A DNA stretch of 64,000 nt from Macrostomum hystrix (GCA_950097015.1 CATNEN010000001.1:5084001-5148000), one strand, 5' to 3'; counted from the first letter of the stretch, positions 14,801 through 27,582 are shown. A program made the numbers and translations. The notes: a model not told the origin generated them from the sequence alone.

Positions 14801-17800
14801 GACAGTATCCCCTGAGATTTTCTTTGTCAGTATCCTCTGAGATTATCTTTGACAGTATCCTCTGAGATTATCTTTGACAGTATCCTCTGAGATTATCTTT
14901 GACAGTATCCCCTGAGATTTTCTTTGTCAGTATCCTCTGAGATTATCTTTGACAGTATCCTCTGAGATTATCTTTGACAGTATCCCCTGAGATTATGTTT
15001 GACAGTATCCTCTGAGATTATCTTTGACAGTATCCCCTGAGATTATCTTTGACAGTATCCTCTGAGATTATCTTTGACAGTATCCTCTGAGATTATCTTT
15101 GACAGTATCTCCTGAGATTATCTTTGACAGTATCTCCTGAGATTATCTTTGACAGTATCGATCCTGAGATTATCTTTGACAGTATCTCCTGAGATTATCT
15201 TTGACAGTATCTCCTGAGATTATCTTTGACAGTATCTCCTGAGATTATCTTTGACAGTATCTCCTGAGATTATCTTTGACAGTATCTCCTGAGATTATCT
15301 TTGACAGTATCTCCTGAGATTATCTTTGACAGTATCTCCTGAGATTATCTTTGACAGTATCTCCTGAGATTATCTTTGACAGTATCCTCTGAGATTATCT
15401 TTGACAGTATCTCCTGAGATTATCTTTGACAGTATCTCCTGAGATTATCTTTGACAGTATCTCCTGAGATTATCTTTGACAGTATCTCCTGAGATTATCT
15501 TTGACAGTATCTCCTGAGATTATCTTTGACAGTATCTCCTGAGATTATCTTTGACAGTATCTCCTGAGATTATCTTTGACAGTATCTCCTGAGATTATCT
15601 TTGACAGTATCGATCCTGAGATTATCTTTGACAGTATCTCCTGAGATTATCTTTGACAGTATCTCCTGAGATTATCTTTGACAGTATCTCCTGAGATTAT
15701 CTTTGACAGTATCTCCTGAGATTATCTTTGACAGTATCTCCTGAGATTATCTTTGACAGTATCTCCTGAGATTATCTTTGACAGTATCCTCTGAGATTAT
15801 CTTTGACAGTATCCTCTGAGATTATCTTCGACAGTATCCTCTGAGATTATCTTTGACAGTATCCTCTGAGATTATCTTTGACAGTATCCTCTGAGATTAT
15901 CTTTGACAGTATCCTCTGAGATTATCTTTGACAGTATCCCCTGAGATTATCTTTGACAGTATCCTCTGAGATTATCTTTGACAGTATCCTCTGAGATTAT
16001 CTTTGACAGTATCCCCTGAGATTATCTTTGACAGTATCCTCTGAGATTATCTTTGACAGTATTCCCTGAGATTATCTTTGACAGTATCCCCTGAGATTAT
16101 CTTTGACAGTATTCCCTGAGATTATCTTTGACAGTATCCCCTGAGATTATCTTTGACAGTATCCTCTGAGATTATCTTTGACAGTATCTCCTGAGATTAT
16201 CTTTGACAGTATCCCCTGAGATTATGTTTGACAGTATCTCCTGAGATTATCTTTGACAGTATCCCCTGAGATTATCTTTGACAGTATCTCCTGAGATTAT
16301 CTTTGACAGTATCCCCTGAGATTATCTTTGACAGTATCCCCTGAGATTATGTTTGACAGTATCCTCTGAGATTATCTTTGACAGTATCTCCTGAGATTAT
16401 CTTTGACAGTATCCCCTGAGATTATGTTTGACAGTATCCTCTGAGATTATCTTTGACAGTATCCCCTGAGATTATCTTTGACAGTATCCTCTGAGATTAT
16501 CTTTGACAGTATTCCCTGAGATTATCTTTGACAGTATCCCCTGAGATTATCTTTGACAGTATCCTCTGAGATTATCTTTGTCAGTATCTTCTGAGATTAT
16601 GTTTGACAGTATCCTCTGAGATTATCTTTGACAGTATCCTCTGAGATTATCTTTGACAGTATCCCCTGAGATTTTCTTTGTCAGTATCCTCTGAGATTAT
16701 CTTTGACAGTATCCTCTGAGATTATCTTTGACAGTATCCTCTGAGATTATCTTTGACAGTATCCCCTGAGATTTTCTTTGTCAGTATCCTCTGAGATTAT
16801 CTTTGACAGTATCCTCTGAGATTATCTTTGACAGTATCCCCTGAGATTATGTTTGACAGTATCCTCTGAGATTATCTTTGACAGTATCCCCTGAGATTAT
16901 CTTTGACAGTATCCTCTGAGATTATCTTTGACAGTATCCTCTGAGATTATCTTTGACAGTATCTCCTGAGATTATCTTTGACAGTATCTCCTGAGATTAT
17001 CTTTGACAGTATCGATCCTGAGATTATCTTTGACAGTATCTCCTGAGATTATCTTTGACAGTATCTCCTGAGATTATCTTTGACAGTATCTCCTGAGATT
17101 ATCTTTGACAGTATCTCCTGAGATTATCTTTGACAGTATCTCCTGAGATTATCTTTGACAGTATCCTCTGAGATTATCTTTGACAGTATCTCCTGAGATT
17201 ATCTTTGACAGTATCTCCTGAGATTATCTTTGACAGTATCTCCTGAGATTATCTTTGACAGTATCTCCTGAGATTATCTTTGACAGTATCTCCTGAGATT
17301 ATCTTTGACAGTATCTCCTGAGATTATCTTTGACAGTATCTCCTGAGATTATCTTTGACAGTATCTCCTGAGATTATCTTTGACAGTATCGATCCTGAGA
17401 TTATCTTTGACAGTATCTCCTGAGATTATCTTTGACAGTATCTCCTGAGATTATCTTTGACAGTATCTCCTGAGATTATCTTTGACAGTATCTCCTGAGA
17501 TTATCTTTGACAGTATCTCCTGAGATTATCTTTGACAGTATCTCCTGAGATTATCTTTGACAGTATCCTCTGAGATTATCTTTGACAGTATCCTCTGAGA
17601 TTATCTTCGACAGTATCCTCTGAGATTATCTTTGACAGTATCCTCTGAGATTATCTTTGACAGTATCCTCTGAGATTATCTTTGACAGTATCCTCTGAGA
17701 TTATCTTTGACAGTATCCCCTGAGATTATCTTTGACAGTATCCTCTGAGATTATCTTTGACAGTATCCTCTGAGATTATCTTTGACAGTATCCCCTGAGA

Positions 17801-20800
17801 TTATCTTTGACAGTATCCTCTGAGATTATCTTTGACAGTATTCCCTGAGATTATCTTTGACAGTATCCCCTGAGATTATCTTTGACAGTATTCCCTGAGA
17901 TTATCTTTGACAGTATCCCCTGAGATTATCTTTGACAGTATCCTCTGAGATTATCTTTGACAGTATCTCCTGAGATTATCTTTGACAGTATCCCCTGAGA
18001 TTATGTTTGACAGTATCTCCTGAGATTATCTTTGACAGTATCCCCTGAGATTATCTTTGACAGTATCTCCTGAGATTATCTTTGACAGTATCCCCTGAGA
18101 TTATCTTTGACAGTATCCCCTGAGATTATGTTTGACAGTATCCTCTGAGATTATCTTTGACAGTATCTCCTGAGATTATCTTTGACAGTATCCCCTGAGA
18201 TTATGTTTGACAGTATCCTCTGAGATTATCTTTGACAGTATCCCCTGAGATTATCTTTGACAGTATCCTCTGAGATTATCTTTGACAGTATTCCCTGAGA
18301 TTATCTTTGACAGTATCCCCTGAGATTATCTTTGACAGTATCCTCTGAGATTATCTTTGTCAGTATCTTCTGAGATTATGTTTGACAGTATCCTCTGAGA
18401 TTATCTTTGACAGTATCCTCTGAGATTATCTTTGACAGTATCCCCTGAGATTTTCTTTGTCAGTATCCTCTGAGATTATCTTTGACAGTATCCTCTGAGA
18501 TTATCTTTGACAGTATCCTCTGAGATTATCTTTGACAGTATCCCCTGAGATTTTCTTTGTCAGTATCCTCTGAGATTATCTTTGACAGTATCCTCTGAGA
18601 TTATCTTTGACAGTATCCCCTGAGATTATGTTTGACAGTATCCTCTGAGATTATCTTTGACAGTATCCCCTGAGATTATCTTTGACAGTATCCTCTGAGA
18701 TTATCTTTGACAGTATCCTCTGAGATTATCTTTGACAGTATCTCCTGAGATTATCTTTGACAGTATCTCCTGAGATTATCTTTGACAGTATCGATCCTGA
18801 GATTATCTTTGACAGTATCTCCTGAGATTATCTTTGACAGTATCTCCTGAGATTATCTTTGACAGTATCTCCTGAGATTATCTTTGACAGTATCTCCTGA
18901 GATTATCTTTGACAGTATCTCCTGAGATTATCTTTGACAGTATCTCCTGAGATTATCTTTGACAGTATCTCCTGAGATTATCTTTGACAGTATCTCCTGA
19001 GATTATCTTTGACAGTATCCTCTGAGATTATCTTTGACAGTATCTCCTGAGATTATCTTTGACAGTATCTCCTGAGATTATCTTTGACAGTATCTCCTGA
19101 GATTATCTTTGACAGTATCTCCTGAGATTATCTTTGACAGTATCTCCTGAGATTATCTTTGACAGTATCTCCTGAGATTATCTTTGACAGTATCTCCTGA
19201 GATTATCTTTGACAGTATCTCCTGAGATTATCTTTGACAGTATCGATCCTGAGATTATCTTTGACAGTATCTCCTGAGATTATCTTTGACAGTATCTCCT
19301 GAGATTATCTTTGACAGTATCTCCTGAGATTATCTTTGACAGTATCTCCTGAGATTATCTTTGACAGTATCTCCTGAGATTATCTTTGACAGTATCTCCT
19401 GAGATTATCTTTGACAGTATCCTCTGAGATTATCTTTGACAGTATCCTCTGAGATTATCTTCGACAGTATCCTCTGAGATTATCTTTGACAGTATCCTCT
19501 GAGATTATCTTTGACAGTATCCTCTGAGATTATCTTTGACAGTATCCTCTGAGATTATCTTTGACAGTATCCCCTGAGATTATCTTTGACAGTATCCTCT
19601 GAGATTATCTTTGACAGTATCCTCTGAGATTATCTTTGACAGTATCCCCTGAGATTATCTTTGACAGTATCCTCTGAGATTATCTTTGACAGTATTCCCT
19701 GAGATTATCTTTGACAGTATCCCCTGAGATTATCTTTGACAGTATTCCCTGAGATTATCTTTGACAGTATCCCCTGAGATTATCTTTGACAGTATCCTCT
19801 GAGATTATCTTTGACAGTATCTCCTGAGATTATCTTTGACAGTATCCCCTGAGATTATGTTTGACAGTATCTCCTGAGATTATCTTTGACAGTATCCCCT
19901 GAGATTATCTTTGACAGTATCTCCTGAGATTATCTTTGACAGTATCCCCTGAGATTATCTTTGACAGTATCCCCTGAGATTATGTTTGACAGTATCCTCT
20001 GAGATTATCTTTGACAGTATCTCCTGAGATTATCTTTGACAGTATCCCCTGAGATTATGTTTGACAGTATCCTCTGAGATTATCTTTGACAGTATCCCCT
20101 GAGATTATCTTTGACAGTATCCTCTGAGATTATCTTTGACAGTATTCCCTGAGATTATCTTTGACAGTATCCCCTGAGATTATCTTTGACAGTATCCTCT
20201 GAGATTATCTTTGTCAGTATCTTCTGAGATTATGTTTGACAGTATCCTCTGAGATTATCTTTGACAGTATCCTCTGAGATTATCTTTGACAGTATCCCCT
20301 GAGATTTTCTTTGTCAGTATCCTCTGAGATTATCTTTGACAGTATCCTCTGAGATTATCTTTGACAGTATCCTCTGAGATTATCTTTGACAGTATCCCCT
20401 GAGATTTTCTTTGTCAGTATCCTCTGAGATTATCTTTGACAGTATCCTCTGAGATTATCTTTGACAGTATCCCCTGAGATTATGTTTGACAGTATCCTCT
20501 GAGATTATCTTTGACAGTATCCCCTGAGATTATCTTTGACAGTATCCTCTGAGATTATCTTTGACAGTATCCTCTGAGATTATCTTTGACAGTATCTCCT
20601 GAGATTATCTTTGACAGTATCTCCTGAGATTATCTTTGACAGTATCTCCTGAGATTATCTTTGACAGTATCTCCTGAGATTATCTTTGACAGTATCTCCT
20701 GAGATTATCTTTGACAGTATCTCCTGAGATTATCTTTGACAGTATCTCCTGAGATTATCTTTGACAGTATCTCCTGAGATTATCTTTGACAGTATCTCCT

Positions 20801-23800
20801 GAGATTATCTTTGACAGTATCTCCTGAGATTATCTTTGACAGTATCTCCTGAGATTATCTTTGACAGTATCCTCTGAGATTATCTTTGACAGTATCTCCT
20901 GAGATTATCTTTGACAGTATCTCCTGAGATTATCTTTGACAGTATCTCCTGAGATTATCTTTGACAGTATCTCCTGAGATTATCTTTGACAGTATCTCCT
21001 GAGATTATCTTTGACAGTATCTCCTGAGATTATCTTTGACAGTATCTCCTGAGATTATCTTTGACAGTATCTCCTGAGATTATCTTTGACAGTATCTCCT
21101 GAGATTATCTTTGACAGTATCTCCTGAGATTATCTTTGACAGTATCCCCTGAGATTATCTTTGACAGTATCTCCTGAGATTATCCAGATTATTTTACTAA
21201 ACTACGCGACTCTTCCCTAAGCTAACCATAAAGCCATTTGGCAATGGTTTAAAAGCCAAATATCATTCAATTCAACACACCAAAGGCCTAGCCAATCAGC
21301 TAAGCAACCTACTGGGCGATGAGGCTCCGCAATTGCCGCCAATTGAATCCGACGATCTAGACGAAGAGGAGAGAGCCGTAGCCGACTCTCTGTCTGCGCC
21401 TCTTGGTGCTAGTCGCCTACCTGGCTTAGACGAAGCCACAGGTGTTCTAGGTAAATTTGAGGACGAAGATTCTAAACAATTTTATGAGACTCTACCGGAT
21501 CTTCGTCCAATGCTCCCTGAGGTGCTTGTTAGAGAAGCTAAGGAACGAATGGAATTGGCTGCTAAGCAGGTAAAAATTGTTAATTAAAAATCATTTTATG
21601 CTACTAACCATCCTACTATAAGTAGCAACGAGTGTTTTTGTGTTTTTTTTCTTATAAAAAGCTACAAAACTATTTATAGAAAGCAGCAGATTCTGCCGAA
21701 TCTGCTGCCAATAAATCAGATTTATCGCCAGCAGCTAATGAGGCCCAAACAGAGAAAGGCGACGAAGAAAAGTGTTCTGAACTGAAAGCAGAAGAGCCTA
21801 ATGCGGAAGAAGACGAAGCTGCTCTAGAACGCGAACTGGAAGCTGCTGAAGAAGCCGCTCTGGCTGCTGGCTCTTCAGAATCTACCGACGCACAGGCTTC
21901 CGCTTCCGGTGACGCGGACGAAGAAGACGAGCAAAATGTTCCGCCATCAAACATTGAAGATCAGCAGCAACAGCAGCAGCAGCCGGTCACAGCGGCAGCC
22001 TCAGCGTCAACCACTACGTCAACTCAACGCCAAGCTCAACTAGAACAGTTTATAACAGCCCTCCCAACCCTAATTAATCGCGACATGATTGACAAGGCCG
22101 CTATTGAATTTGCTGCCAGTTTAAATTCTAAATCTGCTAGGCGCCGACTAACCCAAGCCATGCTGTCTGTGCACAGGGCTCGCACTGATTTATTGCCATT
22201 CTATGCTAGGCTGGCTGCCGTTTTACAATCTGTGGCGCCTGAAATTGCCGAAGATTTGAGGCATAGATTGCAGTCCGATTTTAAACACGCCTTTCATAAG
22301 AAGGATCACACTAATCTGGAGTCCAAGTTGAAGGTAGATCTTGTCTTTGTTTTCTAGCTTATATGTCTCCTTTCTTTGTTGATGTCTTCTTATGTATGTC
22401 TTTGTTCATTATCCGGCATGTTAGTCTTTGTCTCTTCTCCTGTCAGTCTGTGTCTAATCCCGCCTGGCTTTGTTCCTTATACTGCGGACAGTCTTTGTCC
22501 CGAATTATCTTGTCAGTCTTTATGTCTTATCTTGCCTGTCTGTTCCTTTACTGTGGAAGTCTTTGTTTCTTATCCTGCGAGTCTTTATTCCTTATCCTGC
22601 ATGTCAGTCTTGGTCTCTTATCCTGCCTGCCTATGTGTCCTATTCTGTCACTCATGTCCGAATATTTTATCATGTCAGTCTTTGTCTCATCGTGTCTGTC
22701 TTTGTCTCTTTTTCTGCCATTCTTTGTATATTCTCCTGTCAGTCTTTGTGTCTTATCTTGCCGGTCTGTTCCTTTACTGCGGAAGTCTTTGTCTCTTATC
22801 CTGCTAGTCTTTATTCCTTAGCCTGCATGTCAGTCTTTGTGTCCTATCCGTCACTCTTTGTCTTTTATCATATCAGTCTTTGTCTCATCGTGTCAGTCTT
22901 TGTCTCATCGTGTCAGTCTGTCTCTTATCATATCAGTCTTTGTCTCTTGTCCTGTCAGTCTTTGTCTCTTATCATGTCAGTCTTTGTCTCTTGTCCTGTC
23001 AGTCTTTGTCTCTTGTCCTGTCAGTCTTTGTCTATTGTCCTGTCAGTCTTTGTGTCTTATCCTAGCTGTCTTTGTGCCCTCTCTCACTTTAAAATGTCCG
23101 TCTAGATGAGCAGCTGTTTATAATTTTCATTAAAAAATTACACGTGACCTTTAATTCAACAGACTGTTCGTTTCATTGGCGAGCTAGTGAAATTCGGCCT
23201 ATTTCCAGTCGTGGACGCCGCTACTAATCTAAAACTGCTTATCATCAACTTCAGCAATCACAGCGTTGAATTGGCTTGCACTTTGTTAGAAAGCTGCGGT
23301 CGATATCTCTATGCTACACCTGAAACTCATCTTCGAATCAAGGTAGGCTAGCTAGCTCGCTATTCTCTGATTGGCTAGTAGCGAAAAACTAGTTTGCTTA
23401 TTTAATTGGCCATTAGCTTGCCATTGGCCAGAAACTAGCTTGTCATTCTCTGATTGGCTAGTAGGGAAACTAGCTTGCCATTCTCTGATTGGCTAGTAGG
23501 GAAACTAGCTTGCCATTCTCTGATTGGCTAGTAGGGAAACTAGCTTGCCATTCTCTGATTGGCTAGTAGGGAAACTAGCTTGCCATTCTCTGATTGGCTA
23601 GTAGGGAAACTAGCTTGCCATTCTCTGATTGGCCAGTAGCGATAAACTATTATAGCTTGCCATTCTCTGGTTGGCCAGTAGGGAAACTAGCTTGCCATTC
23701 TCTGATTGGCCAGTAGCGAAACTAGCTTGCTATTATCTGATTGGCTAATAGGGAAACTAGCTTGCCATTCCCCGATTGGCTAGTGGCTAGTAGGGAAACT

Positions 23801-26800
23801 AGCTTGCCATTCTCTAATTGGCTAGTCATTTAGAGAACAAACCTAGCGGTTATTGTTTAGCGAAATTAATAACTGCGAAAATCGTTTAATTTTTATCATT
23901 GGTTAATCGCTCTACACAGGTGTACCTACGCAATCTGTGGAACAAGAAGATCAAGATAATGACAGACGAACGTTTATCAGCGATGATTGAGAATGCTTAT
24001 TATTCCGTGGCACCGCCTGATGCAGCTTCAAGAAGACTAGCTAATGCTGTCCTGCTGCCGCCGATGATGCAGTTCTTGCAGAGGCTGCTTTTTAAAGAGC
24101 TTTGCAATGCCACCGTGGAGAAGGTAGATCAATATTATCATTGCATTATACTCGTAGATTTCCTGTCCTTTATACTTTTATACTTAAAATCCATAAAACC
24201 CCCCCCTAGATTCTAAATATTATTTAGAATCCGCTAATCTTATCCAAATTGCGATTAATCCCATGCTTATATCCTCATTAAATCCCCATTTAGTCCCATC
24301 CTTAAATCCCCATTTAATCCTATCCTTAAATCCCCATTTAATCCTATCCTTAGTCCCCATTTAATCCTATCTTTAAATCCCCATTTAATCCTATCTTTAA
24401 ATCCCCATTTAGTCCCATCCTTAAATCCCCATTTAATCCTATCTTTAAATCCCCATTTAATCCCATCGTTAAATCGCCGTTAATTTTCTTATTGATTCAT
24501 AATTTAATCTCATACTTAAGTTTTAAAAATCCCATTCTAAATATCCACTAATATCCCATATTTAAATCTTTGAAAAAATCATCTGTACCATCATCAATTA
24601 ACCGCGTCCAAGGTGCTTCGCCTCTGCCTTTGTCTGCCCTGGAACGACCCTGAAGTATCCCAATTCGCTATTCGCTGCTTCACCAGTGTCTGGTGTGTAC
24701 CATATGGCTCTGTGCATTGTCTTGCCTCGGTCCTAGCCGGCCTGGCGCCTTACCAGCAGTCGGCCGCCATAGCCGTTGTTGACAATATCCTCGAAGACAT
24801 TCGCCTAGGCATGGAAATCAACGAGCATCGACTGAATCAACGTAGAGTAGCCTGCGCTAGATACCTTGGCGAGCTGTACAACTACTGCCTAGTTGAAAGT
24901 GGACTAGTGTTCAATACTCTACATTCTTTCCTCTCATTGGGCGTTGATTATTCCGAACCATTGTCGACTGGTCAAACTAATCAACAGAATGCCTATTATC
25001 CATCGTTGGATCCACCCGAGCATCTGTTACGCATTCGTCTAGCCTGTGTACTATTGCAGACTTGCGGTCAGTACTTTGACTCCGGTTCCAATAGGAAACG
25101 ATTGGACGCATTCCTGCTCTATCTGCAGCAGTACTATTGGTGGAAACGTCGTCATCCGATTTGGTCCGACGAAGATCGACCATTTCCGCTGGACATTGAA
25201 TATCTGTACAATGAGACTGTGGAAACTCTTAGGCCAAAGTTTAAGCCCGCGGCTAGCTTTGAAGAGGCCAGAGCTCTTGTGGAGAAACAGGAAAAAGCTT
25301 TTCTAGCTAAATTGGGTTTGTGAAATTATTGTCTGCTTTTTTCTAGTTTATCTACTCCACAATCTACCAATCTAATATACTCCCAAATATTCCACTCTAA
25401 TCTACTCCCCAATCTACCATTCTAATCGACTACCCAATCTACCATTCTAATCTACTCCCCAATCTACCATTTTAAATCTACTCCCCAATCTACCACTCTA
25501 ATCTACTCCCCAATCTACCATTCTGATCTACTCCCCAATCTACTATTCTGATCTACTCCTCAATCTACCACTCTAATCTACTCCCCAATCTACCATTCTG
25601 ATCTACTCCCCAATCTACTATTCTGATCTACTCCCCAATCTACCACTCTAATCTACTACCCAATCTACCATTCTGATCTACTCCCCAATCTACTATTCTG
25701 ATCTACTCGCCAATCTACCACTCTAATCTACTCCCCAATCTACAATTCTAAATCTACTCCCGAATCTACCACTCTAATCTACTACCCAATCTACCACTCT
25801 AATCTACTCCCCAATCTACAATTCTAAATCTACTCCCTAATCTACCACTCTAATCTACTCGCTAATCTACCACTCTAATGTACTCCCCAATCTACCACTC
25901 TAATGTACTCCCCAATCTACCACTCTAATCTACTCCCCAATCTACAATTCTAAATCTACTCCCTAATCTACCACTCTAATCTACTCGCTAATCTACCACT
26001 CTTATCTACTCCCCTATCTACAATTCTAAATCTACTCCCTAATCTACCACTCTAATCTACTCGCTAATCTACCACTAATCTACTCCCCAATCTACAATTC
26101 TAAATCTACTCCCTAATCTACCACTCTAATCTACTCGCTAATCTACCACTCTTATCTACTCCCCTATCTACAATTCTAAATCTACTCCCCCAATCTACCA
26201 TTCTTCCCTAATTAGTAGTTCTACTGTTAATCTAGTCTCTAATATCTCTACTTAGATCAATACTTATTGGTCTAATCTCTATTTATTAATTTGTATCTTC
26301 TCCCGAGTCTGCTCCAATTAATCCCAATCCAATCATCCCCATCAGAGCGCATAGCAACCAAGCTGCAGCAGAGCGAGTTGTCCGGCTCGGCTACTGGTTC
26401 GCATCACCTGCCAGCCATCTCGGAGGATTCAGATCAGCTGGCCGCTCTGAAATCTGGCACCTCGGCTACCGAGGAAGAAGACGATGACGACGAAGCTGAT
26501 CGATTCGACGGAGGCAGCAACACTGAAGACGAAGGCAGAGGCGGCGGCGGCAAACGTCGCGGCGGAGTCGGTAGAAAAGGCGACGAAGACGACGAGGAAA
26601 CCGACGATCATAGCGACGACGACGATGCCAAAGAAAGCGAATCGTCGACAAAGAGGTCGGCTCCGAAACCGGAACTGATGGCCTGTCCGGAGGACGAAGA
26701 ATTTATTCGCGCCTTCGAGCGCACCCTAGTCTTGGAGGCTGGCTCCAGTGGCGTTGGCGTTGGCGGCGTCGTCCCTTCCGTCTCCTCCGTACCAGGAACT

Positions 26801-27582
26801 GAAATCGAGCCGGCTAGTAGCTCGGCAAATAGCGGAGGCACAGTCGCCTTCACGGTGCTGGCGCGCCGCGGCGGGGCTTCTCGTCAACAGCCGGTTGTGC
26901 AATTGCCCGCCGACAGTCGTCTAGCTAGACGATATTTAGCCGCGGCGGAAGCCGACGCCAGGGAGCGCGAGGCGGTTAAACGGGCCACGCTGAGCATCAC
27001 GGAGGCGCAGATGCGGCGAGAGGAGGCCGCAGACGAAGCCGCCGCGGCGGCCGCTATCGCCGACGCCGAGGTGCCGTTTCTGGTTGGGGCTAGGCATCGC
27101 GGCGGCGGTGGCAGCAGCGGCGGCGGCGGCGGTCGCTGGCAGCACCGACAAGTTGGAGGTTCAGGCAGGTTAGTGAAGAACAGATCCTCAGATTGAGTCT
27201 GTCACTCTCCCTAACCGTCAGGTTGAGTCTGTCACTCTCCCTAATCGTCAGGTTGAGTCTGTCACTCTCCCTAATCGTCAGGTTGAGTCTGTCACTCTCC
27301 CTGATCCTCAGATTGAGTCTGTCACTCTTCCAGATCCTCAGATAGAGTCTGTCACTCTCCCAGATCCTCAGATCGAGTCTGTCACTCTTCCAGATCCTCA
27401 GATTGAATCTGTCACTCTCCCAGATCCTCAGATCGAGTCTGTCACTCTCCCAGATCCTCAGATTGAATCTGTCACTCTCCCAGATCCTCAGATCGAGTCT
27501 GTCACTCTCCCAGATCGTCAGAATCAAATTATTAAACTACTCTATATAAAGTCAGTATTTTTCTAATTTTAGGCACTTCTAA
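4664..27582 (+). CDS. UPF2: UPF2 / regulator of nonsense transcripts 2, spliced gene model, ~1303 aa
   Basis: Exons joined by hand at GT-AG sites with consistent phases: 4664-4739, 4818-4882, 4961-5119, 5603-6356, 21286-21569, 21680-22333, 23163-23342, 23920-24123, 24613-25315, 26346-27168, 27573-27582 (3912 nt). UPF2 motifs: DSSLKRNTAFVKKL, LNLTKYLEEVA (MIF4G-1); FEDEDSKQFYETLPDL; LINRDMIDKAAIEF, RTDLLPFYARLAA, TVRFIGELVKFG (MIF4G-2); LEDIRLGME, QRRVACARYLGELYNY, RIRLACVLLQTCGQYF (MIF4G-3); acidic tract; UPF1-binding helix PEDEEFIRAFE and hairpin FTVLARRGG...LPADSRLA. Confidence 0.93.
4818..4882 (+). CDS. UPF2: UPF2 coding exon 2
   Basis: ttttttgcag acceptor, GTTAG donor; in frame with exons 1 and 3. 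Confidence 0.7.
4961..5119 (+). CDS. UPF2: UPF2 coding exon 3 (DSSLKRNTAFVKKL)
   Basis: catttcag acceptor; conserved MIF4G-1 start; GTTTGT donor. Confidence 0.9.
5185..5562. repeat. ~57-bp intronic minisatellite with alternating variants
   Basis: Repeats of CTGGAGTTTTATCGGGGGTGTTGGCCGAT..CTAATTGCCC..; 19-aa periodic ORF 5204..5575. Confidence 0.9.
5603..6356 (+). CDS. UPF2: UPF2 coding exon 4 (MIF4G-1, poly-Gln insert)
   Basis: tttag acceptor; LNLTKYLEEVANAL, KLRVDLRLYADL, NRRILNSKGEL; GTGAGT donor at 6357. Confidence 0.92.
6546..21185. repeat. 25-bp satellite array (CTGAGATTATCTTTGACAGTATCCT), ~585 monomers, with higher-order repeat structure, inside UPF2 intron 4
   Basis: Continuous tandem array; the rare variant TCTTCGACAG recurs at 6634, 8488, 10342, 12121, 13975, 15829, 17608, 19462. 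Confidence 0.98.
21286..21569 (+). CDS. UPF2: UPF2 coding exon 5 (FEDEDSKQFYETLPDL)
   Basis: caaag acceptor in phase 1 matches exon 4; GTAAAA donor. Confidence 0.88.
21680..22333 (+). CDS. UPF2: UPF2 coding exon 6 (acidic linker + MIF4G-2 start)
   Basis: tttatag acceptor; 218 open codons including LINRDMIDKAAIEF and DLLPFYARL; GTAGAT donor. Confidence 0.9.
22345..23090. repeat. Pyrimidine-rich degenerate repeat (GTCAGTCTTTGTCTCTT) in UPF2 intron 6
   Basis: Low-complexity TG/TC repeats; the overlapping ORFs in all three frames are compositional artefacts. Confidence 0.85.
23163..23342 (+). CDS. UPF2: UPF2 coding exon 7 (TVRFIGELVKFG...LLESCGRYL)
   Basis: Not in the ORF track; caacag acceptor, 60 codons, GTAGGC donor; conserved MIF4G-2 motif. 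Confidence 0.9.
23360..23825. repeat. 35-bp intronic minisatellite (TAGCTTGCCATTCTCTGATTGGCTAGTAGGGAAAC)
   Basis: About 12 tandem copies, each containing ATTGG (CCAAT box on the - strand). Confidence 0.9.
23920..24123 (+). CDS. UPF2: UPF2 coding exon 8 (MIENAYY)
   Basis: cacag acceptor, 68 codons, GTAGAT donor. Confidence 0.9.
24278..24470. repeat. 24-bp intronic minisatellite (AAATCCCCATTTAATCCTATCCTT)
   Basis: About 8 tandem copies. Confidence 0.85.
24613..25315 (+). CDS. UPF2: UPF2 coding exon 9 (MIF4G-3)
   Basis: LPWND, LEDIRLGME, YLGELYNY, DPPEHLLRIRL, TCGQYF; GTTTGT donor. Confidence 0.93.
25360..26205. repeat. 25-bp intronic minisatellite (AATCTACCATTCTAATCTACTCCCC)
   Basis: Tandem copies; same unit as 31660-32890. 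Confidence 0.9.
26346..27168 (+). CDS. UPF2: UPF2 coding exon 10 (acidic region + UPF1-binding region)
   Basis: catcag acceptor in phase 1; PEDEEFIRAFE, FTVLARRGG, EREAVKRATL; GTTAGT donor at 27169. Confidence 0.88.
27181..27525. repeat. 30-bp intronic minisatellite (CAGATCCTCAGATTGAGTCTGTCACTCTCC)
   Basis: About 11 tandem copies. Confidence 0.9.
27573..27582 (+). CDS. UPF2: UPF2 last coding exon (R-H-F-stop)
   Basis: ttctaattttag acceptor; phase 2 fits; TAA at 27580-27582. Confidence 0.6.

Noticed and set aside
22363-23109. Overlapping hydrophobic ORFs in three frames
   Set aside because: Pyrimidine-rich low-complexity intron of UPF2; the lack of stops is compositional.
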